Part shown: in pieces, positions 16,998 to 25,404 of the stretch
Layout: each line of letters begins with the position of its first letter
Numbering within the stretch: the first letter of the stretch is position 1
NCBI GenBank assembly: GCA_001766815.1
Contig: LYOS01000002.1
Location: forward strand, 180,001-212,000
DNA: 32,000 nt
From: Candidatus Syntropharchaeum caldarium
Lineage (GTDB): Archaea > Halobacteriota > Syntropharchaeia > Syntropharchaeales > Syntropharchaeaceae
Direction: 5' to 3'
Translations under genes and position numbers: made by a program
Notes under the pieces: generated by a model
What the model was told of the DNA's origin: nothing
Databases searched by the model: none
Seen by the model: the letters and a program-made list of their open reading frames with translations, nothing else

Positions 16998-17711
16998 GTG
17001 GTCATGATCACAGAGGTCTCACTCGTACTTCCTGCATACAATGAGGCGGAGCGCATCGTCAGGTGTGTCGAACGCGCAGTCGAAACTCTCGAAAAAATAA
17101 CACCCTCGTTTGAGGTTATCATTGCAGAAGATGGTAGCACCGATGAAACCCCCTCTCTTGCAGCAGAGCTTGCAGATACCTATGCCCAGGTCAGGCACCT
17201 CCATAGCGATACGCGTCTTGGGAGGGCTGGTGGCATGGTGAGGGCTTTCAGGGTAGCAGAGGGAGAGATACTTGCCTTTATGGATGTCGATCTTGCAACA
17301 GATCTCAGTCATCTACAGGAACTTATTCAGGCGATACGAGATGGCTTTGATGTGGCAACAGGATCAAGATTGATGAAGGAGAGTGATGTTACGCGCTCTT
17401 TCAAGCGCACCATATTGAGCAGGGGATATAACTTCCTTGTGCGACTCCTGCTCAAATCAAAGATCAGAGATCACCAGTGCGGATTCAAGGCGTTTAGACG
17501 TGATATGCTATTTGAGATCATCGATGAACTTGAGGATGAGCACTGGTTCTGGGATACCGAGCTTCTCGTTCTTGCCCAGAAAAAAGGCTATCGTATCTAT
17601 GAGTTTCCGGTGAAATGGGTAGACGGTGAGATGACAAAGGTCAATCTATCAAGTGATACTTTCGAGATGGGGTCAAAGATCTTTGCCATGAGGCGGAGGA
17701 TTAAGAGGTGA
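16998..17711 (+). CDS. Family 2 glycosyltransferase (dolichyl-phosphate hexose synthase-like)
   Basis: 237 aa. SLVLPAYNEAERI, AEDGSTDET, FMDVDL (DxD) and GFKAFRR are present. Confidence 0.85.
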   Translation: MVMITEVSLVLPAYNEAERIVRCVERAVETLEKITPSFEVIIAEDGSTDETPSLAAELADTYAQVRHLHSDTRLGRAGGMVRAFRVAEGEILAFMDVDLATDLSHLQELIQAIRDGFDVATGSRLMKESDVTRSFKRTILSRGYNFLVRLLLKSKIRDHQCGFKAFRRDMLFEIIDELEDEHWFWDTELLVLAQKKGYRIYEFPVKWVDGEMTKVNLSSDTFEMGSKIFAMRRRIKR

Positions 17712-17713
17712 AG

Positions 17714-18571
17714 ATGAAGAAGCCGCGGCAGATTGCGATATATGGTAAAGGTGGAATAGGTAAATCCACAATCTCTTCGAACCTTGCAGCAGCCTGTGCC
17801 ATGCGTGGACTGAAGGTTATGCTGCTTGGGTGTGATCCAAAAGCAGACTGCACTCGCAATCTGAGGGGAGACCTGGAGATACCAACGGTGCTTGATGTTC
17901 TGCGAGAGCGCGAGAAGACCGGTGGAGAGATTGATGTTGATGAGATCGTTTATCGTGGGTACAACGGTGTTCTCTGTGTCGAGGCAGGAGGTCCTGAGCC
18001 TGCGGTTGGGTGTGCTGGAAGGGGGATTATTGTTGCGGTTGAACTCCTGAAGCGGCTTGGGGTCTATGATCAGGATCTTGATCTTATCATCTATGATGTA
18101 CTCGGCGATGTTGTATGCGGGGGTTTTGGGATGCCACTCAGGCAGGGACTCGCAGACCACGTCTTTGTTGTCACATCAGCAGACTATCTCGCGATATATG
18201 CCGCAAATAATATCTGTAAAGGTATTCAGCGTCATGCAGGGAGGAATGGATCGCCGCTTAGCGGCATTATATACAACGTGCGAGGTGTGATCGATGACCC
18301 TGGACTTGTCAAAGAGTTTGCAGAGCGCGTTGGATCATCTGTGGTGGGAGCGATCCCCTTTGATCCACTGATCACAGAGAGCGAACTCTATGGTAGAACT
18401 GTCATCGAGTCAGATCCAGATTCTATGATTGCAGGCCGCTTCAGAGAACTTGCAGAGACAATTCTTACAATTGAAAAAGGTATAACGCCACACGCACTAT
18501 CACAGGAAGATCTGAGTGATTTTGCACAGAAAATACGGGAGATGGCAGGTAAGCGAAAGCCTACGAGGTGA
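17714..18571 (+). CDS. cfbC: NifH/BchL-family ATPase, probable Ni-sirohydrochlorin a,c-diamide reductive cyclase component CfbC
   Basis: IAIYGKGGIGKSTISSNLAAA (P-loop), with both 4Fe-4S cysteine ligands (VGCAGRGI, DVVCGGFGMP). The ORF-track GTG at 17708 overlaps the GT2 stop. ATG at 17714 follows GAGGTGA. The assignment as CfbC rather than another Nif-like group is inferred from the methanogen context. Confidence 0.75.
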   Translation: MKKPRQIAIYGKGGIGKSTISSNLAAACAMRGLKVMLLGCDPKADCTRNLRGDLEIPTVLDVLREREKTGGEIDVDEIVYRGYNGVLCVEAGGPEPAVGCAGRGIIVAVELLKRLGVYDQDLDLIIYDVLGDVVCGGFGMPLRQGLADHVFVVTSADYLAIYAANNICKGIQRHAGRNGSPLSGIIYNVRGVIDDPGLVKEFAERVGSSVVGAIPFDPLITESELYGRTVIESDPDSMIAGRFRELAETILTIEKGITPHALSQEDLSDFAQKIREMAGKRKPTR

Positions 18572-18573
18572 AA

Positions 18574-18951
18574 CTATTTTATCAGAACTGCATTTATAAC
18601 GCCATCCTGCCCGGGTCTGGCACTTACAATCGCATCTCCTATCTCGGTCCGTATTACAGCACCTTTTGTGATGATGTTACGTCGGACATAGTGCTGGTTG
18701 GCTGCATTCTCAACGACCGTCTCAATCCTTACCTTCTGGGTTTTACCACTCGTTTTATCAGTTACATTCGCAAACAGTGATCTGAAAAGCTTGACCTTTC
18801 TGTTCCCACCACGAACTCGCTGCAGTTTTCTTCGATCTTCTCCAATATGTGTGGTGGTGCTCGGTCTGCCAATCTCATATTTCTTCTTGCCACAGCTCCG
18901 CTTGTACCTGCCACCTGTTGGTTTTCGTGATGATCTACCCTGCCATTTCAT
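18574..18951 (-). CDS. rps8e: 30S ribosomal protein S8e
   Basis: 125 aa. [29 protein letters not shown]... is the characteristic S8e N-terminus. Confidence 0.95.
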   Translation of the reverse strand: MKWQGRSSRKPTGGRYKRSCGKKKYEIGRPSTTTHIGEDRRKLQRVRGGNRKVKLFRSLFANVTDKTSGKTQKVRIETVVENAANQHYVRRNIITKGAVIRTEIGDAIVSARPGQDGVINAVLIK

Positions 18952-18980
18952 GATTACTCTCCGATGATAAGCACTCTGAA

Positions 18981-18996
18981 GAGGTATTTATAGTTT
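18981..18996 (-). promoter_or_regulatory. TATA-like box of rps8e
   Basis: The minus strand reads aaactataaatacctc about 38 nt upstream of the ATG. GGAGAG lies 5 nt before the ATG. Confidence 0.4.
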
Positions 18997-19070
18997 CTTG
19001 CGGAAAAGTTTGCAGATATAAAATTAAGGAGAAATTTGGCACCATAAAACAATACTGAGGGGATGGATGG

Positions 19071-19283
19071 ATGCCAAATCTCCTTACCACACTTTATGCA
19101 ACATACGTATTTAAGTATATCGAAGAGCGGAGATTTTGTTGTAACGCATTTAAAAATCTGTCGGTGTTTTTATGCTCAACCCTACGAAAATATGAGTTAA
19201 GGCGTTCACCATTAAATTTCGAAAGAAAAACACACACATCCAGATTGCTGTGGAAACAATCGTTATCATATTGCTTTAATTAA
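19071..19283 (+). other. Orphan 70-codon ORF in AT-rich spacer (coding status doubtful)
   Basis: MPNLLTTLYATYVFKYIEERRFCCNAF... is basic and matches no family I recognise. A TATA-like gatataaaattaagg lies about 45 nt upstream. The ORF overlaps the 3' end of the convergent tauE-like gene by 18 bp and lies in about 34% GC sequence. Confidence 0.2.
19221..19237 (-). terminator. Oligo-T tract downstream of the tauE-like gene
   Basis: The minus strand reads gtgtgtgtttttctttc about 30-45 nt after the stop. Archaeal termination typically occurs at T-runs. Confidence 0.35.
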
Positions 19284-20009
19284 CACAACCAATGCAAGGA
19301 TTATAACAAGTATTGAAAGTCCGATTTCTAACCACCTATGTTTTGTCCTTAGAGATATTAAACTGCCCGTCCTTGCGCCAGTTACCGACCCTATAATTAC
19401 CGCTAAGGCGGGAAGTAATATTATATCGCCCCGATACCAAAAAATCACCGCTCCAGCAATTGCTGTAAAAATGGTTGCAAACAAGGATGTCGCTATTGCC
19501 CTGCGAATATCGAGTTTCATCATTCTTAAAAATGGAGGGAACAAACTACCACCTGAACCTCCACGCATAATCGTAAGGAAATTAAGAAACAACGCTCCAA
19601 GAATGTAAGTCTTCGCGTCTGGATTAATTTTTTGAGCAATTCCCGGGAAGATTCTATCGAAATAAATCCCCAATACCGTTATGATAGAAACAATAAGAAA
19701 GATAATCGCTAAAACCAATGTTGGTATAATTCCTGTTAAAAATGCACCTGTTACCGTGCCTGACATGCCACCAATTATTACATATCGAGCAATTTCCCAA
19801 TCTATGTTCTTTCTGTGGCTTATAGCGGCTATAAGCGAAGAGAATGGTATAACCAATAGATTTATTCCAAAAGCACTCAGTAAAGGCAATCCAGCAACAT
19901 AAAGCAAAGGTATCCTGACAGAACCCCCGCCTATACCAAACATACCACTCATAAATCCGGTAAAAAGTCCTATGAAAAGATATACCAGCATTTGTGTTAT
20001 TTGTTCCAT
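19266..20009 (-). CDS. TauE/SafE (DUF81) family anion exporter-like membrane protein
   Basis: 247 aa with about 8 TM segments. It has the duplicated glycine-rich motif (GMFGIGGGSVRIPLL and RGGSGGSLFPPFL) typical of TauE/SafE. Its composition is markedly lower in GC than its neighbours. Confidence 0.85.
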   Translation of the reverse strand: MEQITQMLVYLFIGLFTGFMSGMFGIGGGSVRIPLLYVAGLPLLSAFGINLLVIPFSSLIAAISHRKNIDWEIARYVIIGGMSGTVTGAFLTGIIPTLVLAIIFLIVSIITVLGIYFDRIFPGIAQKINPDAKTYILGALFLNFLTIMRGGSGGSLFPPFLRMMKLDIRRAIATSLFATIFTAIAGAVIFWYRGDIILLPALAVIIGSVTGARTGSLISLRTKHRWLEIGLSILVIILALVVLIKAI

Positions 20010-20056
20010 TCAATTACTCTCTATATAAGAAAGGAAAGCAGAATGGGTTCGGGCTT

Positions 20057-20296
20057 TCAGGTTTCTCCCTTCAACCACTTCTTTATCGTATCGACATCCA
20101 CGATCCTTCCAGATGCTTTCACTTCTCCATCTATAACAAGTGCGGGGGTTGTCATCACACCATACTCGATTATCTTTCCAATATCACTGACTTTTTCGAT
20201 CTCCGCCTGGATATCTAATTCCTCAACTGCCTTCCTCACATTCTCTTCCATTTTATTACACTTTGCGCACCCTGTGCCAAGTACCTCGATTCTCAT
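20057..20296 (-). CDS. Small thioredoxin-fold redox-active disulfide protein (MTH895/TM0996 type)
   Basis: 79 aa. MRIEVLGTGCAKCNKMEENV carries the CxxC, followed by ...TTPALVIDGEV. The start overlaps the upstream stop as ATGA. Confidence 0.85.
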   Translation of the reverse strand: MRIEVLGTGCAKCNKMEENVRKAVEELDIQAEIEKVSDIGKIIEYGVMTTPALVIDGEVKASGRIVDVDTIKKWLKGET

Positions 20297-20964
20297 CCAA
20301 TCATCTCCTTTTCTTCAGGATCTGCTATGAACTTTCTCCATCTGCTAACCATCTTTGGTTTTTCAACCTCCCAGGGCTTCTCGATCTTCATGCTGATCTT
20401 CACGCAGATCGGATCCTCTGCATATGCACCGGGATCGTAGAGCGTGTAATTCTCAAACTGGCTTGGTTCTTCCTGATAACATGCCCTTACAGCATCTGTC
20501 ACTTTATCTGCATCAAGACAATCAATGAGATCTATAATCCTGATCTGTCTTCTGAACTGCTCGATTGCCTCTTCTGGAATGTTTGGTAGATACGGCGTTA
20601 ACGCGGTTGAACCGATTATCCACCCCCTCTCATCAACACCGTTTTCAACCAGTTTTATGAGTGTATCTCCTGGGAGATGTCCCCATGCTTCCCTTCCACA
20701 GATGATTAGGTACCTTATATTCGGATTTGCAACGATGTTACATATAAGCTTCTCAATCCCAATATTCTCGGTCTGAAGCATACCTGAAAGGGCAGCCCCA
20801 GCATCAACTGCTGCCATCACGAGGTCCTCAAGTTCCATCGGGATTGCAAAGTCAAATGTATCGAGGATTACACATACCGCAACAGGCGAGTAATCATTCC
20901 CTCTCACGTATCTTCCATCTTCTGGCGGGTATTCTGATGGTGGTTTTACCTTATAGATTTCCAT
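20293..20964 (-). CDS. Soluble MtrA-family corrinoid-binding protein (no C-terminal membrane anchor)
   Basis: 223 aa. LQTENIGIEKLICNIVANPNIRYLIICGREAWGHLPGD...NGVD...IPEEAIEQFRRQI closely parallels the MtrA core, including the His of the xxGH motif used as the cobamide ligand. It lacks the hydrophobic tail of MtrA. Confidence 0.8.
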   Translation of the reverse strand: MEIYKVKPPSEYPPEDGRYVRGNDYSPVAVCVILDTFDFAIPMELEDLVMAAVDAGAALSGMLQTENIGIEKLICNIVANPNIRYLIICGREAWGHLPGDTLIKLVENGVDERGWIIGSTALTPYLPNIPEEAIEQFRRQIRIIDLIDCLDADKVTDAVRACYQEEPSQFENYTLYDPGAYAEDPICVKISMKIEKPWEVEKPKMVSRWRKFIADPEEKEMIG

Positions 20965-22042
20965 ACAAGACCCCCGTCAAAGTTGATATTAGAATAACAA
21001 GCAGAATGTAAACACCAGCTCGCTTTCCACCCATCACTCTCGTTATCACAATCATGTTTGGAAGGCTCATCGAAGGTCCTGCAAGAAGAAGCGATAACGC
21101 AGGACCAGCTCCCATTAGACCTGATGTGTAGCCGAAGAAGTGCCCGACGATTGGAACTTCCAGGAGTGTTGGCATGTACAGAATCGCCCCGATCACCGAT
21201 GCAAGGAGGCATGCTGCAGGAGAGCTATCGCCGAGATAAGGCATGGTAAGTTCTCCAACCGCGGTTGCAGGGTCGTGGGATGGTGCAAAACCCGAAGCAA
21301 TGCCCCCGATCACACCGATGATGAATGTTCCCAGGAGTAAAACGGGAAAGATCTGCCGGGTCAGCCACCAGGTCTCATGCCCCCATTCTTTCACCTCATC
21401 CCTTGAATAGTAGAAGATGAGAAGGATTGAGACGGCTATCGTCAGTAAATAGATTGCGATGAGCTTTGTTATGGTTGGTATAAGCCCTGAAGCTCCGATT
21501 AAGAGGATCGCAACAAGAAGGATGAAGAAGAGAAGTGTGATGTACCATGGTCTCCCATCTTTTGCAATGGTTTTAATCTCGTTGACCGAGTCGCACCTAT
21601 CTCCCCGCTCAAATATCGATGCCATTATCAGCCCGATCACAATAGACATCAGGATGGCAGCAAGTGCCCTTGCAACCCCAAGCTCGAGCCCCAGAACTCG
21701 TGCTGTTAATACAATTGCAAGAAGATTGATGGCAGGACCTGAGAAGAGAAAAGCTGATGCAGGCCCTATTCCTGCCCCTCTACGATGAATTCCTGCAAAC
21801 ATCGGGAGAATCGTGCAGCTACAGACAGCAAGAATCGTTCCTGAGACAGAAGCAACAGAGTACGAGATCCATTTCCTGGTGTTAGCCCCAAAATACTTCA
21901 GGATTGTTTCCTTCGCAAGCAGAGCCGAGATGGCACCGGCGATGAAGAATGCTGGAACGAGACATGTCAGGACATGAAGTGAGAGGTACTCCATAAGGGT
22001 ATTAAACCCTGCTGTAAGGGCAGTTACCAGCAGTCCACTCAT
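20951..22042 (-). CDS. COG0701/ArsP-like permease with vicinal CxC motif
   Basis: 363 aa with about 9-10 TM segments. HVLTCLVPAFFIAGAISAL and SGTILAVCSCTILPMFAG match the permease family that includes the organoarsenical exporter ArsP. Its 3' end overlaps the MtrA-like gene start by 14 bp. Confidence 0.8.
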   Translation of the reverse strand: MSGLLVTALTAGFNTLMEYLSLHVLTCLVPAFFIAGAISALLAKETILKYFGANTRKWISYSVASVSGTILAVCSCTILPMFAGIHRRGAGIGPASAFLFSGPAINLLAIVLTARVLGLELGVARALAAILMSIVIGLIMASIFERGDRCDSVNEIKTIAKDGRPWYITLLFFILLVAILLIGASGLIPTITKLIAIYLLTIAVSILLIFYYSRDEVKEWGHETWWLTRQIFPVLLLGTFIIGVIGGIASGFAPSHDPATAVGELTMPYLGDSSPAACLLASVIGAILYMPTLLEVPIVGHFFGYTSGLMGAGPALSLLLAGPSMSLPNMIVITRVMGGKRAGVYILLVILISTLTGVLYGNL

Positions 22043-22062
22043 AATTTCAAAGATGTTTGAAT

Positions 22063-22075
22063 TACTATAAAAAAG
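22063..22075 (-). promoter_or_regulatory. TATA-like box of the permease/MtrA-like/thioredoxin-like operon
   Basis: The minus strand reads cttttttatagta, centred about 28 nt upstream of ATG 22042. This would give a leaderless or near-leaderless transcript. Confidence 0.4.
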
Positions 22076-22117
22076 TTACGATCTCTTCAGAATCCCTCCT
22101 GCACGTCAAAGATGGGA

Positions 22118-23818
22118 TTAAACTCCCTCTCCAGCACCCGACAGATCCCCGAGATCAAGCCCAAGTTCGCGTGCCTTCAGCACCCTTCGCATGATCTTAC
22201 CACTTCTTGTCTTTGGCAGTGTATCGATGAACTCGATCTCGCGCGGCGCGGCGTGGGCTGCAAGCCCTTTTTTAACAAACTCGATAAGCTCGCTCTTAAG
22301 CTCCTCACTTTCATCAACACCTTCCTTAACCACGACAAACGCCTTTATGATCTCGCCCCTTACGGGATCAGGCTTACCAATGACCGCAGCCTCAACAACA
22401 AGTGGATGCTCAACAAGCCTGCTTTCAACCTCAAATGGACCAACCCGCTCACCAGCGGTGTTTATTACATCATCGACTCTCCCGTGAAAGTGGAAGTATC
22501 CATCCTCATCGACATACGCAGCATCCCCTGACGTGAACCATGGATCATGCCTGAAGTATTCACGGTACTTCTCATCACGTTTCCATATCGATTTCATCAT
22601 CGATGGCCATCCTTTCTTCAGGGCAAGATTTCCAACCTCATTCACGCCAAGTTCAACCCCTTCATCATCGATGATCGCGGCCTCGACACCAGGAAAAGGT
22701 TTTCCCATCGAGCCCGGTTTTATCGGCATAGATGGGTAATTTGAGATCATGATCATCCCTGTCTCTGTCATCCACCATGTATCATGGATTGGCTGTTTGT
22801 ATGCCTTCAGTGCCCAGTGGATCACCTCAGGATTTAAAGGCTCGCCCACGCTCAGAATAAGCCGCAGACTTGAGAGGTCAAATTCAGATATAAGCTCCTC
22901 ACCTTTTCCCATTAGAAGCCTCAGTGCGGTAGGTGCAGTGTACCAGACTGTAACCCCAGCACGCTCAATCGTCCTGTACCAGCGCTTTGCTGTGAACCTG
23001 CCCCGTATTATGGTTGTTCCAACACCGTTTAGAAGCGGTGCAAATATCCCGTACGATGTGCCTGTAACCCACCCTGGATCTGCGGTGCACCAGTAGACGT
23101 CATCTTTCTTTAGATCGAGAATCCACTTTCCGGTCTGGTAATGCCCGATTATCGCCCTCTGTGCGTGTAAAACCCCTTTTGGTTTTCCTGTTGAGCCAGA
23201 TGTGTAGTGAATCAGGAGTGGATCATCAAGACCGAGCCATACTGGCTCAAACGTACCTTTTCTGGTCCTGTTTTCATCAAAACTTATCTCATCCCCTTCT
23301 GCACCATCTGCAACGATCAGAGTTTTGAGACTTGGAACTTCATCACGTGGAATTCGATCTTTAAGGCTATTGTGGGTTACAACCGCAACAGGATCGCAAT
23401 CTGACATACGATCGAGAAGCCCCGCACGCATGAACGCCTCGAAGAGTGGTACAGGGATTGCAGCTATCTTCAGTATCCCGAAGAATGCGACGTAAAGCTC
23501 TATTGAGCGGGGCATGAAGATGAAAACCCGATCACCCTGTTTTATACCAAGTTCCAGCAGAAGATTTGCAAACCTGTTTGATGCAACCGAGAGTTCCCTG
23601 AATGTGTATGTCACCTCTTTCTCATCATCGAGAAACCTGAGCGCAATTTTATCTCCCAGTTCCTCCACATGTCGATCCACAGCCTCATAGGCAGCGTTTA
23701 CCTTTCCAGTAACTGAGAACTCAAAGTTTTTTGCCACATCTTCCCACCTGAACGTGCTTCTGGCTTTATCGTAGTCACCCATATTTGATTCAGGGTTATG
23801 TGCAGCGAGCTTATCCAT
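22118..23818 (-). CDS. AMP-forming acyl-CoA synthetase (acetate/medium-chain acyl-CoA ligase family)
   Basis: 566 aa. YTSGSTGKPKG, WWMTETG, FHGRVDDVINTAGERVGPFEVE and LPKTRSGKIMRR are the adenylate-forming enzyme motifs. The substrate cannot be resolved by eye. Confidence 0.9.
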   Translation of the reverse strand: MDKLAAHNPESNMGDYDKARSTFRWEDVAKNFEFSVTGKVNAAYEAVDRHVEELGDKIALRFLDDEKEVTYTFRELSVASNRFANLLLELGIKQGDRVFIFMPRSIELYVAFFGILKIAAIPVPLFEAFMRAGLLDRMSDCDPVAVVTHNSLKDRIPRDEVPSLKTLIVADGAEGDEISFDENRTRKGTFEPVWLGLDDPLLIHYTSGSTGKPKGVLHAQRAIIGHYQTGKWILDLKKDDVYWCTADPGWVTGTSYGIFAPLLNGVGTTIIRGRFTAKRWYRTIERAGVTVWYTAPTALRLLMGKGEELISEFDLSSLRLILSVGEPLNPEVIHWALKAYKQPIHDTWWMTETGMIMISNYPSMPIKPGSMGKPFPGVEAAIIDDEGVELGVNEVGNLALKKGWPSMMKSIWKRDEKYREYFRHDPWFTSGDAAYVDEDGYFHFHGRVDDVINTAGERVGPFEVESRLVEHPLVVEAAVIGKPDPVRGEIIKAFVVVKEGVDESEELKSELIEFVKKGLAAHAAPREIEFIDTLPKTRSGKIMRRVLKARELGLDLGDLSGAGEGV

Positions 23819-23883
23819 AAAATTCCTCCCACGATGGGGTTTGATCTTACACTTATTTAAACCCTCTCAACAATTAGCGAATA

Positions 23884-24477
23884 ATGAACTTTGACCTTGT
23901 AGCATTCGGGATTAGAGATGGGATATGGGAGGTTGTGGCAACAACTCGTTCTGAGAATGGAGTGACAAATGCATCCCCCATTGGCCTGCGATGCACTCAG
24001 GAAAACCTTACAGTTTCGCTCTATTCCCCATCAAGGACGCTTGAGAATGTGCTTGAGACCGGGTACATCGGCGTGAATATCCTGCATGATCCGCTCATAT
24101 TTGTTCATGCTGCGATGGGTGACCTCGACAGCTCGTACTTTGGGATGCTCGATGGTTTTCCTGTAATACGCAGTGCTCAGGGCTGGATCATATTTGAAAC
24201 CAGGTTTTTAGAGCATACCGATACATACAGGTTTGAACTCACACCCATCGCCATGCATAAGAATCTTGATATGATTCACCCCGTTAACAGAGGATTTAAC
24301 GCACTGATAGAGGCATTGATTATCGCAACACGCTACCGAATTACCCCAGAATCAAAAAGGGAAGCTTTACAGAAAGATATTGATTTTTATGCGGCAATAG
24401 TTCAAAAATGTGGTGGTGAGAAGGAACGTGAAGCGATGGAACTACTGAATGCGTATCTGATGGAGATTGAAGGGTAA
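23884..24477 (+). CDS. DUF447-like protein (FMN-binding split-barrel-like, function unknown)
   Basis: 197 aa. GIWEVVATTRSENGVTNASPIGL resembles the DUF447 N-terminal pattern seen in H4MPT-using organisms. I recognise this from memory only. Confidence 0.45.
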   Translation: MNFDLVAFGIRDGIWEVVATTRSENGVTNASPIGLRCTQENLTVSLYSPSRTLENVLETGYIGVNILHDPLIFVHAAMGDLDSSYFGMLDGFPVIRSAQGWIIFETRFLEHTDTYRFELTPIAMHKNLDMIHPVNRGFNALIEALIIATRYRITPESKREALQKDIDFYAAIVQKCGGEKEREAMELLNAYLMEIEG

Positions 24478-24490
24478 AGAATGCAGAGAC

Positions 24491-25390
24491 TCAGAGTGCC
24501 TCGGCTTCGTACAGCAGCTGTTCGACCTCGTCGTAAGCCACCCTATCGACCCGCTCCAGATCCTCCACAAGGATATATCGTCCAACCTCTCGCCCGCTGG
24601 CAACGTAGTATCTCCCGATCAGCACATCCTCGACCCGCTTGAGTACATCGATGCCCTCTCTAAGTATCTGATCAAGATCTGCTCCTGCAAGTTTCTCGGT
24701 CATCTCACGGCGAATCAAAACATCCTGCACTGAATTTCCATCGTCCATTACGGATTTTATCCTGAGATCGGGATTTGTCTCAACAAATCCGTGTTCCTGA
24801 CATTCGCCATCAATAACACTGCGATTGCATTTAGCGCAACGATAAATTAGCCCACTTCCTTCGTGTATCTTGACAAATATACCTTTGTAGCTGACCTTCT
24901 CTGACATCACCTCGATATCTTCCTCAAGCTCGGTGATCTGTGTATTACGGTTCAGTTTTATATTGTATCTGCCCTGCCAGACATCGGTTATCGCATTCTC
25001 AATCATATAGACTTTATCTATCTCAAGATCGGGCAGGTTAGCACTCTTCCATTTGGTAAATTTTATAACAGCACTCTCATCCCCGATCAAACCTATCTGT
25101 GATATTGCCTCGTGGCGACTCTCCCATAGTGTCAGCACCTTTCCTTTGATCGTTACGCAGCTTCCTTCTGTATTTATCTCCTTTATTTTCAGTTTCCGGG
25201 GTTTTTCACTCCCAGTATCAGTATTCGCATCTCTTAAAAAGTAGTTTGTAACGCTTCGCTTTGCTTCATCGTCTGGAACGCCATATTCTTCGATCAATAA
25301 CCTCAATCGACTCTCGATCTCGAACGTCTCTGCTCCAACTCCCCTCTCCTCAAGCTTATGTTTTATCTCATCAACCATCTCTTCGATCAT
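24491..25390 (-). CDS. rpa: Replication protein A (OB-fold ssDNA-binding protein with zinc ribbon)
   Basis: 299 aa. It has an acidic N-terminal helix region and an OB-fold segment (VTIKGKVLTLWESRHEAISQIGLIGDESAVIKFTKW). A Cys4-type element (CAKCNRSVIDGECQEHG) is also present. Confidence 0.8.
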   Translation of the reverse strand: MIEEMVDEIKHKLEERGVGAETFEIESRLRLLIEEYGVPDDEAKRSVTNYFLRDANTDTGSEKPRKLKIKEINTEGSCVTIKGKVLTLWESRHEAISQIGLIGDESAVIKFTKWKSANLPDLEIDKVYMIENAITDVWQGRYNIKLNRNTQITELEEDIEVMSEKVSYKGIFVKIHEGSGLIYRCAKCNRSVIDGECQEHGFVETNPDLRIKSVMDDGNSVQDVLIRREMTEKLAGADLDQILREGIDVLKRVEDVLIGRYYVASGREVGRYILVEDLERVDRVAYDEVEQLLYEAEAL

Positions 25391-25404
25391 AGATTTCTCC
25401 TCGC

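Noticed and set aside
17597-18160. 187-aa minus-strand ORF antisense to the GT2/cfbC junction.
   Set aside because: It has no motifs and overlaps two well-supported plus-strand genes. It is treated as spurious.
18962-18980. C/D-box-like string on the plus strand (GATGATA ... CTGA).
   Set aside because: The C box is imperfect (AUGAUA, not UGAUGA). The spacing to CUGA is only about 9 nt with no C'/D' pair or terminal stem. It lies antisense to the rps8e 5' UTR.
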